A stretch of DNA of 64,000 nucleotides, from NCBI GenBank assembly GCA_963836755.1, contig CAWIKF010000002.1, forward strand, positions 1,088,001 to 1,152,000, given 5' to 3'. Every line of letters starts with the position of its first letter. Position 1 is the stretch's first letter. The DNA comes from an uncultured Verrucomicrobiae bacterium. Its GTDB lineage: Bacteria; Verrucomicrobiota; Verrucomicrobiia; Chthoniobacterales; Chthoniobacteraceae. A program made the translations under genes and the position numbers. Under the pieces are notes generated by a model. It ran no database searches and was not told the origin of the DNA. It saw only the letters and a program-made list of their open reading frames with translations. Positions 48,435 through 57,398 of this stretch are shown in pieces.

Positions 48435-50536
48435 CAGTCCTTTAGGACTTCGCTCGAGTGTGGATGTTCATTTAATTGCACGCGCGCTTCCTCGCCCTGA
48501 AGCGAGTCGATGAGCGCGCGTGCCTGCTCCTTGCTCATTTCGCCGGGTTTCACCGGTTCGGCTTCGGCACTTTCATCGCCTTTCTGCTCGCCAGATTTTT
48601 GTCCCGACGGCTGGGCCTTGATGTCGCCGGAAAGTTTTTGATCGCCCGGCGAAGGCGCGGCGCTCGGGGCCGGGCGCTGATTTCCCGGCTGCGAATTTGC
48701 CTGCTGCTGCGACTCATCTCCCGGCTTGGGCTGATTCTGCTGCGGGTTGTTTTGATCCTGACCTTTTTGATCGGACTGGGAAGGATTTTGCTGCTGCTGA
48801 TTTTGCTGAGAACCTTTCTGCTGCTGGTTTTGCGGCTGATTCTCATTTCGAGATTTTTGCTGGTTTGATTGCCCGGCGTTCTGCTGCTGGTTCTGGCTTT
48901 GCTGATTTTGTTGATTCTGATTCTGCTGATTCTGCTGCTGTTGTTGATTCTGGTTTTGTTGCGATTGGTTTTTCTGCTGCCCTTGATTCTGCTGATTTGG
49001 CTGGCTCTGGTTTTGTTGGTTTTGCTGCTGATTCTTTTGCTGGTCTTGCTTCTGGTTCTGTTGATTTTGGTGCTGCTGTTTCGGCGGCTCTTTCTCGAGT
49101 TCAGCGATCAATTTTTGCACCGTATCACGGTTAATCTTTGTGTTCTCGTCGTTCGGCTCGGCTTTCAGCGCCTCATCGTAATGCTCGATCGCATTGCGCC
49201 ATTCATGAATCTTCGCCGGCTTCTCCTCCTGCTTCGCGCCGCGCTGAAACAATGTGTTCCCGATGTTGTATTCCGCTTTCGCTCGCGTGCCGGGATTCGG
49301 CGTGGTCACCGCCTGGCCGAAGGCCTCGAGCGCTTTGTCGTAATCGCCAAGCTTGTAGGCGGCAGTGCCTTCGTCGAAATGCAGCGCGTCTGATTTCGGG
49401 TCGCGCGCGAGCTGCGTCTGGAACTCATCCAGCGCTTGTTTAAAATCATGTTTGTCATACATCTCGACGCCCGGATTCGCGCAAAAGGCGCACGGCGTCA
49501 TCATCAGCAACAGCGCCGTCGCCAGCGCGAGCGAGCGTGCTCTCCGCTTGCGTTCGCCGATCAAAAGCGACCACGCGAGCAGTGCGAGGCCGAGCGCGAG
49601 CGGCCATTGATAACGCTCGATCGGCTGGCGCGAAGTGCGCGCATCGATGTCGTGCTCGCGCATCGGTTCAAGTCCTTTCATGAAAATTTCCTGCATCGCC
49701 GCCGGACCGTTTTGCAGCGAAACGTAGAAACCCCCGGCGGCCTGCGCGATCTCCCGCAGCCGACTTTCATCGAGTTTTGTTTTCACGATCTGGCCCCCGG
49801 AATCTTTGACAAAAGTTGTGCCGCCTTGTTCGTCAGGCAGGGGGATGACCGAACCTTCGCCCGATCCGATCCCGACCGTGAAAATGCGAAACGAGCTCGC
49901 GTTATCACGCGCGGACTGCACCGCGTTTTCCTCCAGATCCTCGCCATCGGTCATGATGATCAGCGCGCGATTTTCGCTCTCGCCTTTGCCAAAAGCTTCC
50001 GCCGCTGTCTTGATCGCGGCCGTAATATCGGTGCCGCCGCGGGGAATTATTTTTGTGTCGAGTTCGTTGATCGAATCGAGCACCGCGGAATAATCAATCG
50101 TCAGCGGCGCCTGCAAAAATGCATCACCCGCGAACGCGATCACCCCGACGCGATCGCCCGGCAGCAGGTTGATCAAATCCTGCGCGGCGAGCTTCGCGCG
50201 CGTGAGGCGATTCGGCGGCAGATCCGTTGCGAGCATGCTTTTCGAGGTATCGATCGCGATGATGACGTCGCGGCCTTTGCGCTGCGTCTGCTGCCACGTG
50301 TAGCCGAGCTGCGGCCGCGCGAGCGCGACGATCACGCACGCGAGTCCGGCGAGCAAAATCAAAAAACGAAAGCGCCGTTTGCTGCTGCTCACGCTCGCCG
50401 CAAGGTCCGACATCAACCGCGCCGCGACAATCTTTTGCAGCAATCGCGCGCGGCGATTTTCATTCCAGAAAAAAAGCGCGAGAGCCGCCGGCAAAAGCGC
50501 CAGCGCCCAAAACCAGAGCGGCGCGCCAAAGCTCAT
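48431..50536 (-). CDS. BatB/BatC-type VWA-TPR fusion with Gln-rich tail
   Basis: MIDAS DTSKSM, PNRLTRAK, TDGED, TPRs (YNIGNTLF), Q/N-rich linker, C-terminal KDW. Confidence 0.88.
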   Translation of the reverse strand: MSFGAPLWFWALALLPAALALFFWNENRRARLLQKIVAARLMSDLAASVSSSKRRFRFLILLAGLACVIVALARPQLGYTWQQTQRKGRDVIIAIDTSKSMLATDLPPNRLTRAKLAAQDLINLLPGDRVGVIAFAGDAFLQAPLTIDYSAVLDSINELDTKIIPRGGTDITAAIKTAAEAFGKGESENRALIIMTDGEDLEENAVQSARDNASSFRIFTVGIGSGEGSVIPLPDEQGGTTFVKDSGGQIVKTKLDESRLREIAQAAGGFYVSLQNGPAAMQEIFMKGLEPMREHDIDARTSRQPIERYQWPLALGLALLAWSLLIGERKRRARSLALATALLLMMTPCAFCANPGVEMYDKHDFKQALDEFQTQLARDPKSDALHFDEGTAAYKLGDYDKALEAFGQAVTTPNPGTRAKAEYNIGNTLFQRGAKQEEKPAKIHEWRNAIEHYDEALKAEPNDENTKINRDTVQKLIAELEKEPPKQQHQNQQNQKQDQQKNQQQNQQNQSQPNQQNQGQQKNQSQQNQNQQQQQNQQNQNQQNQQSQNQQQNAGQSNQQKSRNENQPQNQQQKGSQQNQQQQNPSQSDQKGQDQNNPQQNQPKPGDESQQQANSQPGNQRPAPSAAPSPGDQKLSGDIKAQPSGQKSGEQKGDESAEAEPVKPGEMSKEQARALIDSLQGEEARVQLNEHPHSSEVLKDW
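48700..49085 (-). repeat. CAG/CAA/AAT-rich low-complexity coding tract (Gln/Asn linker)
   Basis: QQHQNQQNQKQDQQKNQQQ... in the VWA-TPR protein. Confidence 0.85.
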
Positions 50537-51573
50537 GGCAGCTTCCTCCAGACCGTTTGCGCGAGCACGATTTCCACCGAGAGCAGCGCGAATCCCGCGC
50601 CGAGAAGCCACGGAAAAAGATCGCGGAATTGTTTGTATTGCGTGAGCTCGACCTTCGATTTTTCCATCTTGTCGATCTTCGCGAAAATGTTTTCCAGCGA
50701 GCGCGTGTCGCCAGCGTAGTAAAAGTTTCCGTCAGCGATCTGCGCGATTTTTTTCAAGCCCGTCTCGTTGAATTCCACGCGCTGGTCTTCGTAAAGTTTC
50801 TGCCCAAACATGTCGGTCGCCTGCTGTCCGGAATTGTCAAACACCGGCACCGGCGCCACGCCGTTCGTTCCCGCGCCAATCGCGTGAAGCTTGATTCCAA
50901 GCGCCTTCGCGGCCTCCGCGGCAGTTTCCGGCGTGACTTTGCCGGCGTTGTTGTCGCCGTCGGTGAGGAGAATCATGACTTTGCTTTTGGAATTTTTGTC
51001 GCGCAGCCGATTGCAGCCCGCGGCGATCGCGGAGCCGATGGCCGTGCCATCCTCGACGAGCCCGATGCGGACGCGCTCGAGGTTTTGCAAAAGCCAATCG
51101 TGATCGAGCGTAAGCGGGCTCACGAGATACGGCTGGCTGCCGAATGCGATGATGCCGATGCGGTCATTCGGGCGGCGCTCGATGAACTTGCGCGTGACCT
51201 CCTTGATCGTGTCGAGCCGGTTCGCGCGATGCCCGCCGATCGTGTAATCCTCAGTCAACATCGAGCCGGAGACGTCGATCAAAATCATGATGTCCACGCC
51301 GCTCGCCTCCACGTGGCTGATCGAGCGACCGAGCTGCGGGCGCGCGAGGCCGAGCACCAGCGATGCGAGCGCGAGAAAAAGGAGACTCGTTAAAAAATTT
51401 CCAACTCGCGATTCCGAGATCCGGCCGAGCGCGCGCAGTGGCGCAGTCGAGGAAAAAACGACCGCAGGCACGCCACCGCGCTGCCCGCGAAGCCAGGCCA
51501 GCAAAGGAATCACGAGCAACAGCAGCAAAAGCCACGGCTGCGCAAAAGTTAATCCCCAGTCGTGGAAATTCAC
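50533..51573 (-). CDS. BatA-like VWA protein
   Basis: LARPQ, DVSGSM, PLTLDH, GTAIGSA, LLTDGDNNAG. Confidence 0.9.
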   Translation of the reverse strand: MNFHDWGLTFAQPWLLLLLLVIPLLAWLRGQRGGVPAVVFSSTAPLRALGRISESRVGNFLTSLLFLALASLVLGLARPQLGRSISHVEASGVDIMILIDVSGSMLTEDYTIGGHRANRLDTIKEVTRKFIERRPNDRIGIIAFGSQPYLVSPLTLDHDWLLQNLERVRIGLVEDGTAIGSAIAAGCNRLRDKNSKSKVMILLTDGDNNAGKVTPETAAEAAKALGIKLHAIGAGTNGVAPVPVFDNSGQQATDMFGQKLYEDQRVEFNETGLKKIAQIADGNFYYAGDTRSLENIFAKIDKMEKSKVELTQYKQFRDLFPWLLGAGFALLSVEIVLAQTVWRKLP

Positions 51574-52127
51574 GCCGCCACCTCCGCCGGCGACGCCGGA
51601 TTTTGTGTCGCGCCGCTTCCTTCGACGAACGCAATCGCCTGCTCGAGCAACGCTTCACTGTCAGCTTGCGACGCATCGATGCGCGCGAATTTGATCAAGT
51701 CACTTTTCTCCAAAAACAGACCGAGCAGCTCCTTTTCGGCCTCGGTAAAGTTTTGCGAAGCCGCGGCCTCCGCGAGAAATTCCGGGGAAGTTTGCCGCGT
51801 CGCGCGCAGTCCGAAATCCGCGGTGACAAAACGTCGTAAAACATCCGAAACCAAAATGCTGAACTCATACGGCGCCATCTCCGTCACGCGCTTGCGCGCT
51901 TCTTCCAGCTCGCGCAGCGCGACCTGCCTCGGCGTCGGCGGAGGCGGCGCGGGTCTCCGTTTCACCCAGCGCCAGATGAGCCAGACTGCCAGCAAAACCA
52001 GCAGCAGAGCCACTCCGCAGGCAGTCGCCACCATCCACATCGGATAGGGAAACACGTCGATCGGCGGCGCGATATCGCGGATGCTCGGCATCGGCGTCGC
52101 CATTTGCGCGAAAAACATTCCGCTCAT
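51570..52127 (-). CDS. DUF4381-like membrane protein of the Bat operon
   Basis: IRDIAPP plus TM segment, LSDVLRRF, QTSPEFL, DLIKFA. Confidence 0.78.
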   Translation of the reverse strand: MSGMFFAQMATPMPSIRDIAPPIDVFPYPMWMVATACGVALLLVLLAVWLIWRWVKRRPAPPPPTPRQVALRELEEARKRVTEMAPYEFSILVSDVLRRFVTADFGLRATRQTSPEFLAEAAASQNFTEAEKELLGLFLEKSDLIKFARIDASQADSEALLEQAIAFVEGSGATQNPASPAEVAA

Positions 52128-53011
52128 TGCAACGCCATCCTCCGCTCGCGTGTGCGGAAAAAGTTCCGCAGCGCCGGCAGATAATCCTGGTCCGTCCGCA
52201 GCGAGATCGTATCGATCCGCTTCTTCCGCAGACCGCGCTGGAACTCCGCGCGACGCCGCTCGACCAAGTGCGCGTAGGCCGCACGCAGCGACGCGCTCGA
52301 TGTATTCACCTCGATCTGCTCGCCGGTCTCCGCGTCCTCCAGCGTCACGATGCCGACCTCCGGCAATTCTTCCTCGCCCGGGTCCACAATCGGGATCGCG
52401 ATCAAATCATGCCGCCGGCTCGTCACCCCGAGCTCGCGTGAAAAGTCCGGAGCCTGGAAATCCGAGATCAGAAACGCCACCGAGCGCCGCGTCACCAGCC
52501 GGTTCAAATAATTCAGCGCCAGCGCCGGCCGTGTCCCGCGCCCCTTTGGCACAAAAAACAAAATGTCGCGGATTAATCGCAGCGTGTGCAGCCGGCCCTT
52601 CTTCGGCGGGATGAAAAGCTCCACCCGGTCCGAGAATAAAATCAGCCCGACCTTGTCGTTGTTCCGGATCGCGCTGAAAGCCAGCACCGACGCCACCTCA
52701 GCCGCGAGCTCGCGCTTGCTCAGCCGCACGCTCCCGTATTTGCCCGACGCGCTCACGTCCACGATCAACATCACGGTCAGCTCGCGCTCCTCGGTGAACT
52801 TTTTAATATAAGGATGCCCCATCCGCGCCGTCACATTCCAGTCGATCGCCCGCACCTCATCGCCCGGCGCATACTCGCGCACCTCCTCGAAATTCATCCC
52901 GCGTCCCTTGAACACACTCCGGTATTGCCCCGCAAACGCCGCGCTGACCAGCCCCCGCGTGCGGAGCTCGAGATGTCGGATCTTTTTTAAAATTTCATGC
53001 GGCGTATCCAT
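52124..53011 (-). CDS. DUF58 (VWA-like) protein
   Basis: GRGMNFEEVREY.PGD, IDWNVTAR, EERELT, DVSAS, LISDF. Confidence 0.92.
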   Translation of the reverse strand: MDTPHEILKKIRHLELRTRGLVSAAFAGQYRSVFKGRGMNFEEVREYAPGDEVRAIDWNVTARMGHPYIKKFTEERELTVMLIVDVSASGKYGSVRLSKRELAAEVASVLAFSAIRNNDKVGLILFSDRVELFIPPKKGRLHTLRLIRDILFFVPKGRGTRPALALNYLNRLVTRRSVAFLISDFQAPDFSRELGVTSRRHDLIAIPIVDPGEEELPEVGIVTLEDAETGEQIEVNTSSASLRAAYAHLVERRRAEFQRGLRKKRIDTISLRTDQDYLPALRNFFRTRERRMALQ

Positions 53012-53226
53012 CAGTGCGCTGAGATAAAGGCGGCACGTCGGGAGTGTGTAAAGCCCCTTCGCGCCTGAGACAAAGAGAGACACCACCGGCTGGGAAAAAG
53101 TTCAAAAAACCCGCCGCGCACTTGCCGATGCCGAATCAAAGTCTCGAGTGTCGAGGCCGGGAAACGCCCTTGCACTTTCCCCGCTTCCCGTGGAATCTTC
53201 GCCGCGCGCCAGCTTACGCATTCAAG

Positions 53227-54612
53227 ATGCCCGAAGATCCTCCTCATCGAGAAGTTTTCAGCAGGGGATGGGCGCGTCGCACGTTGGTTTCCCTCGTGCT
53301 CGGCATTTTTCTCGCGCGCGGAGCGGCTGGGGCGGAGCCGAGCCAGAGTCGAACTCCGACGCCGGCGCCGACACCTTCGCTCTCGCCAATGAAAGTGCCG
53401 TTGCTGAAATGGCCAGACCTTTCGCGCGGCCCAGGCCCGACGCCCACTCCGCCAATCCCGCCGCCCAAACTTCCGATCAAGATTCACCTCCAGCAAAACC
53501 CCGACAGCGACAACCTTTCGATCTACGTCGGCATCAATGGCCACCCACCTGTCGCCTATCTTCTCGATACCGGCTCCGATGCCTTCATCGCGGCGGGAAC
53601 CGCATGGCATCGGCAGAAAGTGGACTCCATCAGCAGGTCGAAAAAACCGGAGTCCGCGCTCTATGGCGACGGAACCTACGGCTACACTTACTTCCCGGTG
53701 ATGGCGCACCTCGCTTTCTACGATCCACATGCCGGCCGGCCTACGCTCGTGCTTCCGGCGCCGGAAGGTTACGTGGTCGGACGCATCGAGGAGCAAATCT
53801 TTGACCTCGAACCGAAGAAGCACATCAACGAAACCAGCAAAGTTACCACCGATGGCGGCATCTTCGGCGCCCGAATGCTCATCGGCGGCGCTGGCGAAGA
53901 CGTCGCGGACGGCTATCAACTTTCCAACACTCTCTATCAAATCCCCGGCGTGCAGGGACTCGTCGTCACCGACAACGGCCCACCCGGCACCGCGAGCCTC
54001 ACCGTCGGCCTGAACCAGGGAATCCGCGATCAGTTCAAGCAAAAGATCACTCTCACACCCAATGGCGGAAATTTTTCCCATTCAAACCTCCCGTCTTGCG
54101 ACGAAGCCGTGGTCAACCTCACTTTTTCCATGGAAGGCGAAAAGCCGGTCACCATCTCGACGAACCTCGGCCTCGATACCGGCTCGTCGACAGGCTATCA
54201 CGCCGGCTTTACTGCAGAGACCGCCAAGCTCCTCGCCCCGTATCTCGTGGATAGCCTCAGTAGCGTGGCCCATGACAAGGCATCGACGGCGAACAAGATC
54301 GTGAAGGCAGGCACGACCCTCACCTTTTCCTTCCCCGGCCGGCCCGATGGCTGGAAATATACTTTCCGCAGCAGCAGATCGTCCGCGCGCGGCGGAAACT
54401 CGGGCTTTATCCCCGTCACCAACCTCAGCAACGACGAGAATGACATCACCGTCGGCATCAGTTTCTTCGAGCACTTCGCCGTGATGTATGACATGGAAAA
54501 AGGCGAGCTCGGCCTGCGCGACAAGCCACCTGATCTTTCCCCCGCCATCCTGCATCCGGAAGAACATCCGGAAATCGCGCCGAAAAATCTCGTCGGTGGT
54601 CCGCACAATTGA
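53227..54612 (+). CDS. secreted pepsin-like (two-lobed) aspartic protease
   Basis: Hydrophobic signal segment, Pro-rich linker, YLLDTGS and LGLDTGS, flap-like YGDGT, C-terminal TVGISFFEHFAVMYD..GELGL. Confidence 0.75.
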   Translation: MPEDPPHREVFSRGWARRTLVSLVLGIFLARGAAGAEPSQSRTPTPAPTPSLSPMKVPLLKWPDLSRGPGPTPTPPIPPPKLPIKIHLQQNPDSDNLSIYVGINGHPPVAYLLDTGSDAFIAAGTAWHRQKVDSISRSKKPESALYGDGTYGYTYFPVMAHLAFYDPHAGRPTLVLPAPEGYVVGRIEEQIFDLEPKKHINETSKVTTDGGIFGARMLIGGAGEDVADGYQLSNTLYQIPGVQGLVVTDNGPPGTASLTVGLNQGIRDQFKQKITLTPNGGNFSHSNLPSCDEAVVNLTFSMEGEKPVTISTNLGLDTGSSTGYHAGFTAETAKLLAPYLVDSLSSVAHDKASTANKIVKAGTTLTFSFPGRPDGWKYTFRSSRSSARGGNSGFIPVTNLSNDENDITVGISFFEHFAVMYDMEKGELGLRDKPPDLSPAILHPEEHPEIAPKNLVGGPHN

Positions 54613-54910
54613 GACAGCGACGGCCATGAAGGCATTCCGTGCTGCGCGGATTCGGTGCTGCTTCGCGCAAAACCTCGTATAATCGCAAAAAATATTGCTT
54701 GCCATCCCTCGCGCATGCCGCCAGTCTCGTCGGCGGGATGCGGGGTTTGATCGAATGCGGGTGCGGGTTTGCCGGACATTGGAACGTTCGGGCCGGAAAA
54801 GCGTGCCGCCTGCCGATTTCCAAAGCTCGCTGTCAAAAATCTCCCGCTGCCGGTCGCGGACTCGCCGTCAAAACTCGCGCACATCTCTGCCGACCCTTCG
54901 AAAACTGCGC

Positions 54911-55246
54911 TTGGAGTCGATTTTTTGCCACTTCGACGCGATCTTTTGCCAGTCCAACTCCATTTTTCAATGCTCAGTGTTTATTTTTCGTCACTTCGCC
55001 TCTCTTTTCTTCCGCTCAGAGTCTATTTTTCACCTCTCGGACTCCATTTTCTTCCGCTCAGATCCCCTGTTTTCAAGCGCCGACAAAGTTTTCTAACGCT
55101 CGGACTCTACTTTAAGACGCACTGAGTCGGTTTTACGACGATACAAATCCCTTTTCTTCCCCTCCGGCCTAATTTCACTCCTCTTCGACCCTCTTTTCTC
55201 CCGCTCCCACTCCATTTTCACCTTCTCGCGCAGCGTTTCTGAGCCC
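54911..55246. repeat. degenerate tandem array, 16 units of 21 bp, apparently non-coding
   Basis: Approximate consensus TCNGACTCNATTTTCNNCCGC, no indels, T at unit position 13 in 16/16 units, stop codons in all six frames. Confidence 0.85.
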
Positions 55247-55302
55247 GCGCCGCGCGTTACACCCAGCTGGGCTCAAAGTTAATTACCAAACAAAAACAAA
55301 AA

Positions 55303-56025
55303 ATGAACGATACCCAAGTCAACAAAATCAACAGCTATCAGGCGACCAACCTCGTCCTGACCGCCCCCGCCAACGCCCCGCTCTGGAGCCCACTCGCCGC
55401 CTTCGTCCGCGGCCAGACGAGCCTCGCAGGCAGCATCAACATCCTGAACGCCCTCGGCCAGAGCCAGGGCAACGTCCTCACCGGCATTGCCGTCGATAAA
55501 GATCGCCTCCAGCAATCCGTCATCAACCGGATGCTCATTGTCGCAGGCGCGGCCGGCGGTTATGCCTACGAAACCGGCAACCAGACCCTCGCCGCACAGT
55601 GCGCCACCACCGAGAGCAAACTCAAGAACACCCGCGACGCCGTCCTCGACGACCTCGCACAAGCCTTGCACGACACCGTCGCCCCATTCGTCACCGCACA
55701 GCCCGCGAAACTCGCCGAATACGGCCTCACGCCCGCCATGCTCACCGATCTCCAAAGCGCCATCACCGCCTACGCGGCCGTCGTCGGCACTCCGCGCGCC
55801 GCCATCGCCGCGCGCGCAGCCACCACGACAGCTATCGATGCCGAGATCGCCCGCGCCGACGCAAACCTGACGAGCCTGCTCGACAGACTCATGCTGCAAT
55901 TCAAAGCCGCGCACCTCGACTTCTACAATGCCTACCTAAACGCCCGCAAAATCATCGACCTCGGCAGCAATCCCGGCAAACCCGCGCCCGCGGAGCCGGA
56001 GCCTGTGGTGCCAGCGGCAAAGTAG
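55303..56025 (+). CDS. uncharacterised Ala-rich alpha-helical protein
   Basis: Strong codon bias, A-rich leader without SD, MNDTQVNKINSY...LAEYGLTPAMLTDLQSAI...LDRLMLQFK..FYNAYLNARKIID. Confidence 0.85.
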   Translation: MNDTQVNKINSYQATNLVLTAPANAPLWSPLAAFVRGQTSLAGSINILNALGQSQGNVLTGIAVDKDRLQQSVINRMLIVAGAAGGYAYETGNQTLAAQCATTESKLKNTRDAVLDDLAQALHDTVAPFVTAQPAKLAEYGLTPAMLTDLQSAITAYAAVVGTPRAAIAARAATTTAIDAEIARADANLTSLLDRLMLQFKAAHLDFYNAYLNARKIIDLGSNPGKPAPAEPEPVVPAAK

Positions 56026-56043
56026 AATGGTTGATCCAATCTC

Positions 56044-56286
56044 CTACTTTGTTGCCGTGAATTTGTAGAGCATGACGCCGTGCGGCGGCAGGGTCATCGG
56101 CAGCGTGTCGGCGGCGGTGTCCACTACGGCTACGTCTTTCTGCCGCCACAGGTCGCGGACTTGCTGCCGGCCGGCGAGGTGGAGCTGCGCGAAGTGGTTG
56201 AAGTGTAGGTCGGCGGCCTTGTCACCGAGGTTGAAGAAGCCGAGCGCGCGGCCGCCGTCGGCAAGGTCTTTTTCATAGACACTCAC
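56044..56286 (-). pseudogene. remnant C-terminal beta-sandwich domain of a GH27-type alpha-galactosidase
   Basis: KDLADGGRALGFFNLGD...VRDLWRQKD...LPPHGVMLYK. An in-frame stop about 10 codons upstream leaves no catalytic domain. Confidence 0.72.
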
Positions 56287-57323
56287 GGAGCTGCCTTGAG
56301 CAGCTTTGAGATGTCATCGATCTCTGCAACGCCTATCCACTTGTCGGCTCCGCCGTAGTAGAATCGCCAGAGACCTTTGAAGTGCGCCGCACCTTCGGTA
56401 AAGGTAAACACGTGGCGCCCATCGATTTCATACTTAAACTGAGGTTCGATGAAAGGAGCTTCGCAGCGTTTCAATAGCTTTGAAGGATCGTCCTTTGAAA
56501 ACAAGGCCCAGCCTGTCTTGTGGACATGGGCACTGTTCCACCCATTGTAGATGAATAGGATTCCTTCCGGCAGCATGATAGGTGTCGGGCCAGGCTCGAC
56601 TCCCAGGCTATCGAAATGATCCGGGCGCGCACTCATGAGCGAGTGGTCGAGTGGCTGGCTCCAGTGGATGAGATCGTCGGATACGGCCATGCCAATGGAA
56701 GGCTGCCACGCCGTCAATTGTCCGGCGAAATACATGATGTATTTGCCGCCGATTTTTTCCGGCACGATGACGCCGGCTTTGACCTGGTCTTTGTTCCATC
56801 TCTCAGGTTCGAGGATGACACCTTTCTTATCCCAATGAATGAGATCGGGGGAGGTGGCAATGCATTGCACGTCATGTTGGCTGTCCTTATTCCCTACATA
56901 GGTCAGGTAGTAAGTTTCGTTGAACCGAACGAGACGAGGGTCTTCGCAGCCATTCTGATCGTAAGGCTTGTCGGGAACCATCACGGGATTGTTGGCGTAA
57001 GGGACAAAGCTTCTTCCATCATCGCTAAAGGCCAATTGAAGGCGCGATCCGATAGGGCCATGAGTATTCCTCCGATAGATCATGGCTAAACGGTCGCCTA
57101 CTTTGATGACGGTGGGATTGAAGACAAGGTTGTCGCCCAGCGCCTTGTCGGGCGACAGGATCGGTTCGGAGTAGCGGACGACGCCGTTTGGCTCATGGAC
57201 TTGGAACTTTGTAAAATCCCGCGGGGCCTGCGAACTGGCCGGAGTGCCGGTGGCGTTCTGCGAATGGAGCCGGGGAACGAGCGAAATCGCCGCCAGAAGC
57301 GGCGCGAGAAGTTTTTTGTGCAT
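56283..57323 (-). CDS. secreted GH130-family glycosidase
   Basis: Signal peptide MHKKLLAPLLAA, VFNPTV..MIYR, GCEDPRL, YYLTY, VEPGPTP, LFIYNG, FTEG, YYGGAD. Confidence 0.82.
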   Translation of the reverse strand: MHKKLLAPLLAAISLVPRLHSQNATGTPASSQAPRDFTKFQVHEPNGVVRYSEPILSPDKALGDNLVFNPTVIKVGDRLAMIYRRNTHGPIGSRLQLAFSDDGRSFVPYANNPVMVPDKPYDQNGCEDPRLVRFNETYYLTYVGNKDSQHDVQCIATSPDLIHWDKKGVILEPERWNKDQVKAGVIVPEKIGGKYIMYFAGQLTAWQPSIGMAVSDDLIHWSQPLDHSLMSARPDHFDSLGVEPGPTPIMLPEGILFIYNGWNSAHVHKTGWALFSKDDPSKLLKRCEAPFIEPQFKYEIDGRHVFTFTEGAAHFKGLWRFYYGGADKWIGVAEIDDISKLLKAAP

Positions 57324-57398
57324 CGATATGGCTTTTAAAGTGTTCTTCCATACCCGACGAGTGAATGGAATGCATGAAAGTTGTCCCCAATATTTAAA

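Noticed and set aside
48700..49085. Gln/Asn tract as a novel prion-like element
   Set aside because: Low-complexity Q-rich linkers are a normal feature of BatC-type proteins.
48869..49393. Leu-rich + strand ORF that looks like a membrane protein
   Set aside because: Antisense shadow of the Gln/Asn codon tract in the BatB/C gene.
54639..55125. Three overlapping + strand ORFs across the array as real genes
   Set aside because: All stop within the array, have odd Phe/Ser-rich composition and lack the local codon bias. Kept only as the alternative of a decayed heptad peptide.
54911..55246. CRISPR array
   Set aside because: No identical repeats alternating with spacers, the period is only 21 bp, and there are no cas genes.
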